This document shows, piece by piece, positions 20,497 through 28,979 of a stretch of DNA of 64,000 nucleotides (its first letter is position 1; the number at the start of each line of letters is the position of its first letter). This DNA is from an uncultured delta proteobacterium (lineage in GTDB: Bacteria > Desulfobacterota > Syntrophorhabdia > Syntrophorhabdales > WCHB1-27). The position numbers and the translations under genes are program-made. Below the pieces are notes generated by a model. It did not search any database, was not told the DNA's origin, and was given only the letters and a program-made list of their open reading frames with translations. The DNA is taken from positions 512,001 to 576,000 of the forward strand of contig CAWEPK010000008.1 of assembly GCA_963810935.1 (NCBI GenBank), given 5' to 3'.

Positions 20497-20536
20497 CGGG
20501 TCCCTCCCTCTTTAGAAGATCCGCATATCCATGGGC

Positions 20537-21580
20537 CTACCTTCGGAAGAGCTGCAGCATAAGGTCGATCACGTATTGCTCGTCCTTTGCCGCCTCTTTT
20601 TTCGTATATTTCGCCCCCCTCGCCTGTACCCAGAAAATGTTCTCGGGAAAGGCAAAGCGCTTGTCGACTACCCATTCCATATCCTGCGGAGCACCGAAAT
20701 GCTCTTCGACTTGCTTGGCGACCCTCACGATCTCGAGTATCTCGGCGTCGTCTATGCACGGCGCCTGCCGGTGTTCCGGCGGCACGTCGCAGAAGACCGT
20801 CCCCTTCTCGCCGTAAACGACCATCTTCGTCTTCTGTCCTATGCTGCGGGACTCGACCGCCATCTCCTTCTTGTGCACGACGAATGAATCGGGCGTTATC
20901 TCCCCGCTGACCACGCTCTCGCCCAACCCGAAATTGCCCTCGACGATTGCCCGGTCCAGGTCCCCGACATTCGGCAGGACGGTCAGTATGACGCCCGCGG
21001 ACTTCGCCTCTATCATCATGATGACGGCGATGCCGATAGGCGCCCAGGAGACGGGCATCTTGTTGTTAAGCCGAAAGGCTATAGCCCTGGTCGTAAACGC
21101 GCTCCCCCATACCTTCTTTACGTGCTCGATGACCGCGTCCGTTCCCTGCACGTTGAGATAGCTCTCCATCTGACCGGGCATACTGACGGCCCCACTGGAA
21201 CGGACGGCGCAGGCCACGTCAGGCATCGCGACTTGTTCCTCCAGCCGCCTGTAATACATGTCGATCGACCGGCCGAGGTCGGGCGGCATGGACGCGCCTT
21301 CGATTACCTCGCGTATCCGCCCGCTTACCTCGATCAGCCGGTCAACGTCCCGGTCCATGTCTACTCCGCCGGCCAGCCTATCATCGACTATGCGGCCCAC
21401 CTCCCGGCCGAGGCCGGTGGCGTCCATGAAGTGCTCGTACGCCTTCACCGAAAGCGCAAACCCGTGCGGTACCCGCAGGCCCAGCTTTTTCATCTCGCCC
21501 AGGTTTGCGCACTTCTTGCCTACCAGGTCGTTGTATTCTTTCGAGAGCTCGTCCAGCCAGTAGATTTCCTTTGCTTCCAT
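20537..21580 (-). CDS. Stand-alone PEP-synthase ATP-grasp domain (PPDK_N), phenylphosphate synthase beta-subunit (PpsB)-like
   Basis: VGKKCANLGEM, VPHGFAL, AVRSSG, GQMESYLNV, GNFGLGESVVSG, PQDMEW and VQAR; 347 aa with no phospho-His or pyruvate domain. Confidence 0.88.
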   Translation of the reverse strand: MEAKEIYWLDELSKEYNDLVGKKCANLGEMKKLGLRVPHGFALSVKAYEHFMDATGLGREVGRIVDDRLAGGVDMDRDVDRLIEVSGRIREVIEGASMPPDLGRSIDMYYRRLEEQVAMPDVACAVRSSGAVSMPGQMESYLNVQGTDAVIEHVKKVWGSAFTTRAIAFRLNNKMPVSWAPIGIAVIMMIEAKSAGVILTVLPNVGDLDRAIVEGNFGLGESVVSGEITPDSFVVHKKEMAVESRSIGQKTKMVVYGEKGTVFCDVPPEHRQAPCIDDAEILEIVRVAKQVEEHFGAPQDMEWVVDKRFAFPENIFWVQARGAKYTKKEAAKDEQYVIDLMLQLFRR

Positions 21581-21602
21581 GGCCCCTCTCCGCGTTGCGC
21601 CT

Positions 21603-23288
21603 TTATTTGTTGAGGATGAAGACCGTCCCCATGTTAGCGTCCACCCGCACCTTCATGCCGTCTTTAAGGAGCTTCGTGCCCTCGAACACGTTCATCACGA
21701 CCGGGATGCCGTATTCCCTGCCGACGATGGCCGCGTGTGAGAGACTGGCGCCGCGGTCGACGACCACGCCGCCCAGGAGCGAGAAGACCGGCGTCCAGCT
21801 CGGCGACGTGGTCGGCGCCACAAGGATGTCGCCCTTTTCTATCTTCGACAGCTCGCTCTCGCTCCAGATAACCTTAACCGTGCCTTCGTAAACCCCGGGG
21901 GCCCCGCAGACGCCGTACAGGTCGGCCTTCAGCTCCGGCCGTGCAACCGGCATCGTGCCGACGACCACTTTAAGGGCAATCGGGTCGAGGGATTCGACGA
22001 GTCCCTTCATCGCCTCTTCAATCGAGAAGCCCTCCTTCATGATCATGGGTACATTGCCGCGCTCGCACCAACCCTGCCAGTCTGCCTTCCTGCGGTCCAC
22101 GATGTTCCGCAGGTTGAACATGGCCGGGTTGATCCCCGCCCTCCTTACCTCATCGGGGATGAGGAAGAAGATGTCTTCCGCACTGTCGATTGCCTTCTCC
22201 TTTGCGAACCGTTTCCCGACGCCCAGCGCGCTGCGTCTAAGGATTGCATGGGTATAGAGGTCGAGGTAATGGTTATGCTCCTCGCTGAACCACGCGCTGT
22301 TCTGGGCAAGGGTGAGGATCATCTTGAACCAGCTACGCTGCTCGGGCGCAACCTTTTCGAGCACCTCTTTTTCCATGGCCAGCCTTTCGGCCTCGTGCGC
22401 TTTCCTTTCCTCGTCCAGGTTGTAGTCGATCCCTTTATCGAGGCCCATCTTGATTACGTTGAAGGCGGGCGTGGGGTCCTCCAGCCAGGTCGGCACGTTG
22501 ATCTCCGCCATCCTCTCCATCCTCCACCCGGCTTCATTCTCCATGAAATAGTCGAACGACTTGAGGAACGCCGGCCCGTTCGGGGCGCCTTCGAGCGCGC
22601 TCCTCATTTTAGTCGCAGGGTTGGCAGTGAAGATATCCTTGAGCGCCAGCGACTCCGCCTGTTTGGCAAGATCGAAGAGCCCTTTGTCCACCTGGAAGCT
22701 TTTGTTATCGAAACCGCTCGTCAGCTTGTGGAACTGCGGGCTGGTATCGTCGAAGCCAAGGAGCTGCCGCGTCATCTGCTCAAACAGGACGAAGGCGGTG
22801 TAGACGCCGTACATCATGTACATATGGATTTCCCACATCCGCCGGCAGGTATCGATGGCCTGCTCGAAGTTGTCGAGGATCTCGATGTTCGTGGCCTTGT
22901 CCATATCGAGCGCCTTGACCTTATCGTACCGGCCGACCATCTCATTAACGAAACCGCGCCACATACCCTGGAAATCCTCGATGAACGGCCTGATGGCGGT
23001 CCTGAACCGCTCCTCCCTTTCGGCCCTCTCCTTCGGGTCCTTCACGATCAGCAACGCCAGGTAACCTGCCCCGTCCTTGAACCGCCAGTCCCATCCCTTC
23101 ACTGTCGGCAGCGAAAGCTTCTCCGCCCCGTACTGCATCCCGTGCCTGCAGAAGTTGACCCAGAACCAGCCGAACATCGGCGTCCAAGGCGGCACTGAGT
23201 GCGTCGCATCCTGGAACCAGCACGGTGATATGTCGAAATCCGTAGCTTCGTCGAACTCGAGACCCGGAACACAATCGTACATCTTCAT
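21603..23288 (-). CDS. PEP-utilizing mobile phospho-His domain protein with helical substrate-binding region, phenylphosphate synthase alpha-subunit (PpsA)-like
   Basis: WFQDATHS N-terminus; C-terminal GDILVAPTTSPSWTPVF...VVVDRGASLSHAAIVGREYGIP with the phospho-acceptor His; 561 aa. Confidence 0.88.
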   Translation of the reverse strand: MKMYDCVPGLEFDEATDFDISPCWFQDATHSVPPWTPMFGWFWVNFCRHGMQYGAEKLSLPTVKGWDWRFKDGAGYLALLIVKDPKERAEREERFRTAIRPFIEDFQGMWRGFVNEMVGRYDKVKALDMDKATNIEILDNFEQAIDTCRRMWEIHMYMMYGVYTAFVLFEQMTRQLLGFDDTSPQFHKLTSGFDNKSFQVDKGLFDLAKQAESLALKDIFTANPATKMRSALEGAPNGPAFLKSFDYFMENEAGWRMERMAEINVPTWLEDPTPAFNVIKMGLDKGIDYNLDEERKAHEAERLAMEKEVLEKVAPEQRSWFKMILTLAQNSAWFSEEHNHYLDLYTHAILRRSALGVGKRFAKEKAIDSAEDIFFLIPDEVRRAGINPAMFNLRNIVDRRKADWQGWCERGNVPMIMKEGFSIEEAMKGLVESLDPIALKVVVGTMPVARPELKADLYGVCGAPGVYEGTVKVIWSESELSKIEKGDILVAPTTSPSWTPVFSLLGGVVVDRGASLSHAAIVGREYGIPVVMNVFEGTKLLKDGMKVRVDANMGTVFILNK

Positions 23289-23328
23289 AATTGCCCCCCC
23301 TGTTTAGGTTTTACCCCCTTAACCACCC

Positions 23329-24081
23329 CTAGTGCATTGCCCTACCGCCATTGACCAGTATGGTCTGGCCCGTTATAAAGTCCGCTGCATCCGACGACAG
23401 GAATACCGTGACCCCCACGATATCCTCCGGCATACCGACTCGTCTGAGAGGGGTTTTTGAGACGTCGTACTTCGTCACGTCGGCGATGGTCCTGCTGGCC
23501 TCGGTGTCCGTGAAACCGGGGGCCACCGCGTTGACGGTGACGTTGTCCGGCCCCAGCTCGGCGGCGAGCGCCCGCGTCAGGCCCAGGACGCCGCCTTTCG
23601 ACGCTACATAGTGAACGAAGCCGTTCGAGCCCGTGAAACATGTTTCCGACGATATGTTTACGATCTTGCCTTTTCCCTGCGCCTTCATATAGGGGTAGAC
23701 GGCCTTCGTGCAGAGCCACGGCCCCTTGACGTTGATGGCCATCATACGGTCCCATTCCTCGACCGTTATCGCCGTGAAGGCCTTGCGCTCGACCCCGAAG
23801 TAATAACCGGCGTTATTGACGAGCACGTCGATCCTGCCGAACTTCTCCACGGTCGCCTGGGCCATACCCTTCAGGCCCTCCGCGTCGGTTACGTCGGCCC
23901 GGAACCAGATGCACTCGCTGCCTTTCGCCGATATCTCTTCCGCCGTCTTTCTGACACCCTCCACGTCTATGTCGCTGAGTGCCAGCCTCGCTCCCTCTTC
24001 GGCGAAGGCCATCGCGAACGCCCTGCCCAGGCCCTTCGCTCCGCCCGTGATAACAGCAACCTTTCCCTCCAAGAGTTTCAT
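23329..24081 (-). CDS. Short-chain dehydrogenase/reductase (SDR)
   Basis: TGGAKGLG, NNAG, NISS, YVASK and TGQTILVNGG; acidic residue after beta-2 (LSDID) suggests NAD preference. Confidence 0.95.
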   Translation of the reverse strand: MKLLEGKVAVITGGAKGLGRAFAMAFAEEGARLALSDIDVEGVRKTAEEISAKGSECIWFRADVTDAEGLKGMAQATVEKFGRIDVLVNNAGYYFGVERKAFTAITVEEWDRMMAINVKGPWLCTKAVYPYMKAQGKGKIVNISSETCFTGSNGFVHYVASKGGVLGLTRALAAELGPDNVTVNAVAPGFTDTEASRTIADVTKYDVSKTPLRRVGMPEDIVGVTVFLSSDAADFITGQTILVNGGRAMH

Positions 24082-24118
24082 GGCTCCCGCTCCTTATCCT
24101 GAACAACGGGCCGGGGAA

Positions 24119-24982
24119 TCAGGCGACCTTCACCAGAAAATCCCCCCGGTCCAAGCCTGTCTGCCTGGCCAGGGGACGGCACTTGATTTTCAGCATGTAA
24201 ATCGCCTTCTTCCCCTGCGCCTCGCCCATCAGCGATTCATAGCTCCCGGTACCCTTGACGACGAGCAGGTCGCTCTCCAGGAAAGCCTGCTGCGCCCTCG
24301 TCTCTCCCTGTCCGGGCACGAAGACCTTGTCCGTCGTAACTACCTCGTCGACCGTATCTTCGAGGCCGAAGAAAGCGGCATCCTCGACGGTGGCGTCCTC
24401 GAAAAAGACGGGCTCCTTCACCACGAGCGTCACTCTCACGCCCATCTCCTTCATCATCCCGATGAGGAGCGAGTCGAAACCGATCTCGCCGGCGTTGTCC
24501 GTCACGTAAAAAACGCTTTGCGCCTCCCGGACCGCCTCGTACGGGTCTCCCACGACAACCGGGGGTGCGAGTCTCTCCTCGATGATGCCCGCCGCATCCG
24601 CGAAGGTGAAAGTCTCCGAGGGCCGGCCGATGGGCGCAATGTTGGCGGCCGCCGCGAGAAAACAGGCCCTTTCGAGCCTCTCCTTTGTCGTTTCTCCGTT
24701 CTTTATATACGCGCCTGCCGCATCGAGTAACTCCATCGCGCGGGCATCGGCGCCCTTCTTGAACTCATTCCAGAAATCGGGTGCCGGAGTCACGAATTCG
24801 TAGACAAGGGCAACTGCCCGGTTGCACAGACAGGCGAGGTTCGACGTGTCCGTTATCTCCTCCGAGACGAAGTCGATGACCTTCCGGAACAACCGGGGAC
24901 TGTCCCGGTCCCCGCTCCCAGCGGCGGCCCTTCCGTAAACCCAGCCAAGCAGGCAAACGCCGCATTCAAGCTCGGGCTTCAT
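24119..24982 (-). CDS. DUF89/ARMT1-like metal-dependent (damage-control) phosphatase
   Basis: N-terminal ECGVC, AAAANI, YVTDNAGEIGFD, EDAT, KGTGSYES and LKIKC. Confidence 0.8.
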   Translation of the reverse strand: MKPELECGVCLLGWVYGRAAAGSGDRDSPRLFRKVIDFVSEEITDTSNLACLCNRAVALVYEFVTPAPDFWNEFKKGADARAMELLDAAGAYIKNGETTKERLERACFLAAAANIAPIGRPSETFTFADAAGIIEERLAPPVVVGDPYEAVREAQSVFYVTDNAGEIGFDSLLIGMMKEMGVRVTLVVKEPVFFEDATVEDAAFFGLEDTVDEVVTTDKVFVPGQGETRAQQAFLESDLLVVKGTGSYESLMGEAQGKKAIYMLKIKCRPLARQTGLDRGDFLVKVA

Positions 24983-25007
24983 ATGCCTCCCGCTTTCCTG
25001 AAGTTCA

Positions 25008-26693
25008 TTACCAGCCGCGCTCTTCCCAGGGCCTGTACTTCAGGTCGAAATCCTTCGCGATGAGCTTGTAGCAATTGTAGCTGCTGCCCCGCCCTATGCC
25101 GTGCGCCGGGTGGCACGCCATGCCGGCCATGTAGTAGTTCCTGATAGGCATGCGCTGCCCCGAAAGCTCCGGCATCGGCCTGTTTCTCCCGGAACATTCG
25201 TAATGCGCGTCGAGACCGCCCCACCCGCCCTGCGGCATGCACGGGTTCCTGTTAACCACGTCGTCGGGGGTGGCTATCCAGCCGCCGATAAAGTTCTCTT
25301 TGGTCACGTTTGGGGCGTACTTGCCCCATTCGGCGACCATCCTGACCTCTATCTCCCTCTTCATCCTCAGCCAATCGCGCTCGCTGAAGTTCCTCCAGGG
25401 ACACGTAAATTCTTCAACGAGGGCCGCGAACCTGCCTTCAGGCGCGCGCGTCCTGTCCCACTGGACGTCCGGGGCGACGAGAAGGTAGAGCTTGTCGGCT
25501 ATGCCCTTGGCCCAGCGCTCCTGCTGGTAACGGCCGCTCAGGAAATATTCGGGGTCCGCCTCGCCGAAATAGAGCCTCGGGACGAGCCCCAGCTCCGGGT
25601 TCTGCGGGTATTTGGGCGGCTCCATCAGGGCAATGTTGCCCCAGAAAAGTTGTGTCCTTTCATAGCCCTTGTCGTCGTAAAGCGATTCCGGTCTTTCCTT
25701 CAGCCTCTGCCCCTTTGCCCAGACGTCGGCGGGCCAGTTGTCCCTGCCCGCAACGTCCATCGTCAGCTCGGTATTCAGGTCGCTCACGACCAGGTCGGCC
25801 AGGATCTTATTCCCGTCGGCCAACTCGACCCCGTAGGCCTTGTTGTTATCGACAAGCACCCTCTTCACTTCATTAAGGACGAAGAACTCGCCGCCATATT
25901 GCTGGAAGGCCCTGAGCAACGCATGGGTGATGCTATGGGTGCCGCCCGTCACTATGGCGGCCGCGTCCATCGACAGGATCAGGCCCAGCGCATGGATGTG
26001 CCAGTAAGGGCCCGGCCTGTCCTGCGGGAAGAAGCCCGTGGACGTCTGGATCGCCCTCATATAGAACGTCTGCATCTCCGGGCTTTTGAATAACGTCGTA
26101 GCGATATGGCCGACCGTCCCGAACGCGATATCCGGGTCGAGTCCGTCTTTCGGGTCGTCGGCAAGGGCCTCCAGCGGGTCGGGACCGTCCGGCCATTCGG
26201 CCGGCCCGGTGAAGCGGTACTTGTGCCAGGCCGACCGCCACCTGGTCTTGTACCTCCTGATTATCTCCTCGACGGTGTTGGCGTCGTCCTTGTTGATCTT
26301 GGCCACTTCCTTGATTGTGTAATCGGCGGCCGCCTCGGAGAATTCCGCCCTGCCGCTTATGGGGTCGACAACCGGGAAGATGGTCTTGCCGAGGATATAG
26401 TTGCCGTCCGGATATATCCATGCCTCGTTGTTCTCCGGGAAGAGGTAAACGAGGCCGTAGTCTCTCAAGTTGAAGTCCTGGTATGCCGGGTTCGTGTAGA
26501 ACCGCGTGAAGTGGGCGCACACATTCTGGATGAAGCCGGGCAGCGGAAGCTCCTCACCGCATGCGCCGCCGCCCATCTCGTGCCACCGCTCGAACATGGC
26601 CGTCTTGAGCCCCGCCCTCTGAAGGTAGCAGGCGATGATCGTAGCGTGGTGGCCGCCCCCGACTATGACGGCATCGTATTTCTTATCTGGCAT
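25008..26693 (-). CDS. Phytoene-dehydrogenase-family (COG1233) FAD-dependent oxidoreductase, subunit B
   Basis: YDAVIVGGGHHA..., ERWHEMGGG, GGTHSITHAL, APEG, TPDD and RMPIRNYYMAGMACHPAHGI. Confidence 0.88.
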   Translation of the reverse strand: MPDKKYDAVIVGGGHHATIIACYLQRAGLKTAMFERWHEMGGGACGEELPLPGFIQNVCAHFTRFYTNPAYQDFNLRDYGLVYLFPENNEAWIYPDGNYILGKTIFPVVDPISGRAEFSEAAADYTIKEVAKINKDDANTVEEIIRRYKTRWRSAWHKYRFTGPAEWPDGPDPLEALADDPKDGLDPDIAFGTVGHIATTLFKSPEMQTFYMRAIQTSTGFFPQDRPGPYWHIHALGLILSMDAAAIVTGGTHSITHALLRAFQQYGGEFFVLNEVKRVLVDNNKAYGVELADGNKILADLVVSDLNTELTMDVAGRDNWPADVWAKGQRLKERPESLYDDKGYERTQLFWGNIALMEPPKYPQNPELGLVPRLYFGEADPEYFLSGRYQQERWAKGIADKLYLLVAPDVQWDRTRAPEGRFAALVEEFTCPWRNFSERDWLRMKREIEVRMVAEWGKYAPNVTKENFIGGWIATPDDVVNRNPCMPQGGWGGLDAHYECSGRNRPMPELSGQRMPIRNYYMAGMACHPAHGIGRGSSYNCYKLIAKDFDLKYRPWEERGW

Positions 26694-26724
26694 ATCGAAC
26701 CTCCTTGGGATCGTTCTTCATTCA

Positions 26725-27135
26725 TCACCTGCTCGGGATAGGCCGCGGGCCCTGGCTCGGTATGGGCTGCGGTCCCGCTTTCGCGGCCGAGGGGGCCGTC
26801 ACAGGAGGGGCCTGGGGTTGCAGGCCGCCCGCGGAAGCCTCTTCAAGCGGCGGGTAGACCGGAGATTTTGAAAAAAGGAACTTTATTCCACGCATGATCA
26901 GGACCGGGTTTTTAAGGACCGTCCAGACCATATGCCTGAGGTCGCCTGGATCCACGAAGGCCCTGACCGTCCAATGGACGGGGTGTTGGATCTCCATGAC
27001 CATCAGCATGCGCATCGGCTCGGCCGCACCGTTTGCGGGCGGCTCCAGCGTCGAAGGCACCATCCCGGTAGTCTCAATCGCGGCTATCCGTCCGCGAAGC
27101 AGCGTCCTGCCCAACCCTGTAGATCGTATGAACAT
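26725..27135 (-). CDS. Small hypothetical protein between the two COG1233 genes
   Basis: 136-aa ORF with AGGAGG RBS, filling the gap between the two flavoprotein genes on the same strand; Pro/Ala-rich tail. Confidence 0.7.
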   Translation of the reverse strand: MFIRSTGLGRTLLRGRIAAIETTGMVPSTLEPPANGAAEPMRMLMVMEIQHPVHWTVRAFVDPGDLRHMVWTVLKNPVLIMRGIKFLFSKSPVYPPLEEASAGGLQPQAPPVTAPSAAKAGPQPIPSQGPRPIPSR

Positions 27136-27153
27136 CCCGCCCTCCTGACAGTT

Positions 27154-28794
27154 TCAGAATAGTCCCAGGTCCCTGGCTTCTTTCACGCCCCTCGGCTCGG
27201 GCCACCACTTCTCTATGCCCAGGTCGTCCGCTATCCTTTCTGCCGCGTTGAAGCCGGGGCCGTACGTAATCATGCCGCCCGAGTGCGTGCATGCGCCCGC
27301 GAGATACAGCTTCCTGATCGGCGAATCGTGCTGGCTGCAATATTCGTTGGGCCTGAAGTAGCCCATCTGCAGCGGGAGATAGGCGCCCTGCTTGAAGCAG
27401 CCGTTCTTCATGTCCGGGAACTTGTTTTCCGTGTCGAGGGGCGTCCCGATGTAGTCCCACAATATGCTGTCGGAATTCATGTTCGGCGCGTATCTTTCGA
27501 GCATCTTCTTGCATTGCTCCGCGTAAGGCCGTCTCATTTTGTTCCACGCGAGAGCGCCGCCGTCCTTCAGCCTGTACGGCGCGCATTCCATGCTGATGAG
27601 GCCGACGTGCTTCACGACGCTTTCGGGCCGGCGGTGGACCCGGATGGGGTCGTGGATCGAAGGGAAGCAGCAGTTGAACCCGCCGTCGTGCAGCTCGCCC
27701 CGCTTCGACGCCTCGAAGTGGTCGATCAGGTCCTGCTCGCTTTCGTACCCGATCACGTAAATGAGGGATTCGGCCAGCTCGGGGTCGTTCTCTATGGCCT
27801 TGAACCGCGGCGCTTCGGTCAGGGCGAGATGGCACGTGAAGAAGCTCATCTCCGAGTATCGCCACTGGTCGAGCCTGGTGATAAGCTCCTGCTCCAGGTG
27901 TTGTTTGCCCACGTAATCATAGAACGTCTGGTGCGGGTTGAGTGCGCTGCAGACGAACTTGTTCGCCCTGATGACGGTGCCGTCGTCCAGCTCAACCCCC
28001 TTCGCCTCCCCGTTCTCGATGATGATCCTCTTTATGACGCAGCCGCTAATCACCCTGCTGCCGTTTTCCGATATATATTTTCCGAGGAGATGGGCCACGT
28101 GGTGAGACCCCATATGGCACAGGCGGAAGTGCCAGCCGCGGTTCATCATCAGGGGCACGAGGTATCCGAGGCCCTCCAGGTCGTAGTCAAGTCCCCACAT
28201 AGTGGCAAGATAAAGGAAGAGCGCGCGGACCCTGTCGTTCTCGAACCAGGCGTCGATGATCTGCCGGGGGGTGTATCCGGTCAGCTCGTCGTCCCATTTC
28301 GTCGCCGGGTGCCTTTCAAGCTTTGCGGCCTGCTCCAGACTCGGCAGCGGGTTCACATAGCTCGCCGGGGCAAGGAAGACATCCATCGCGTCGTCCGACC
28401 ATTTTACGAAGTTCCTGAAAGATTCCGCGTCGTTCGCGGAGAACTTGGCGATCGACTTCGCGGACCTCTCCGTGTCCCTGTAGAGGGCGAGATGGGTCCC
28501 GTCCTGAAAGGGCATCACCACCTGGACGTTGGGATAGATCCATTGCAGGTCGTACTTTGTCTCAAGCTCGAAGTCCCGCATCGGAGGGGCATATTCGACC
28601 ATCATGTGGTAGATCGCGTGGCTGTCCACGAGCATACCGGGAAGGAGCAGGTTCTCCGTCGCCAGGCCTCCCCCGATCTCGTACCGTCGCTCCAGGACCG
28701 CCACCTTCAGTCCCGCCTTGGCGAGATAGCCGGCGGTAGTCAGCCCGTTCGGACCCGCACCGATCACGATACCGTCAAACTCCAGTTCCCTCAT
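27154..28794 (-). CDS. Phytoene-dehydrogenase-family (COG1233) FAD-dependent oxidoreductase, subunit A
   Basis: IVIGAGPNGL, ERRYEIGGG, TPLD, FRP and SPIRKLYLAGACTHSGGMI; AAGGAGG RBS; first gene of the operon. Confidence 0.9.
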   Translation of the reverse strand: MRELEFDGIVIGAGPNGLTTAGYLAKAGLKVAVLERRYEIGGGLATENLLLPGMLVDSHAIYHMMVEYAPPMRDFELETKYDLQWIYPNVQVVMPFQDGTHLALYRDTERSAKSIAKFSANDAESFRNFVKWSDDAMDVFLAPASYVNPLPSLEQAAKLERHPATKWDDELTGYTPRQIIDAWFENDRVRALFLYLATMWGLDYDLEGLGYLVPLMMNRGWHFRLCHMGSHHVAHLLGKYISENGSRVISGCVIKRIIIENGEAKGVELDDGTVIRANKFVCSALNPHQTFYDYVGKQHLEQELITRLDQWRYSEMSFFTCHLALTEAPRFKAIENDPELAESLIYVIGYESEQDLIDHFEASKRGELHDGGFNCCFPSIHDPIRVHRRPESVVKHVGLISMECAPYRLKDGGALAWNKMRRPYAEQCKKMLERYAPNMNSDSILWDYIGTPLDTENKFPDMKNGCFKQGAYLPLQMGYFRPNEYCSQHDSPIRKLYLAGACTHSGGMITYGPGFNAAERIADDLGIEKWWPEPRGVKEARDLGLF

Positions 28795-28865
28795 GTCGCC
28801 TCCTTCCCCCTTGTAATGCTTCGGCTAAAAAGACGTAACCAGTGAAAACTTCGCAAATGAATTAA

Positions 28866-28913
28866 ATTATGTCGGGTTGGATGTTGACATATCAATACAA
28901 TTTAATTTATACT
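28866..28913. promoter_or_regulatory. Back-to-back sigma70-like promoters for the catabolic operon (-) and lysR (+)
   Basis: Plus strand: TTGACA(28884-89)-N18-TATACT(28908-13). Minus strand: TTGATA(28895-90)-N18-CATAAT(28871-66). AT-rich intergenic region. Confidence 0.55.
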
Positions 28914-28979
28914 CGTGTTAGAATCGTTATGTTTTCTGTAAAGTTTCTTTACAGCATTCGAGGTGGATAAGATTCTCGA

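Noticed and set aside
20537..23288. Broken PEP synthase pseudogene
   Set aside because: Two clean ORFs in His-domain then ATP-grasp order, each with an RBS and no pyruvate-binding domain; this is the normal layout of PpsAB/CreHI-type kinases.
25008..28794. Carotenoid biosynthesis (crtI)
   Set aside because: No crtB/crtE or other isoprenoid genes; the context is catabolic.
27283..28845. Long antisense/shadow ORFs (e.g. 27283-28845 +, 14313-15599 +, 31740-32903 -, 47048-48205 +, 62748-63884 -)
   Set aside because: They overlap well-supported genes on the opposite strand, lack motifs, and are expected in GC-rich DNA.
28884..28895. FNR box in TTGACATATCAA
   Set aside because: Half-site spacing is 2 nt rather than 4; better explained as abutting -35 boxes.
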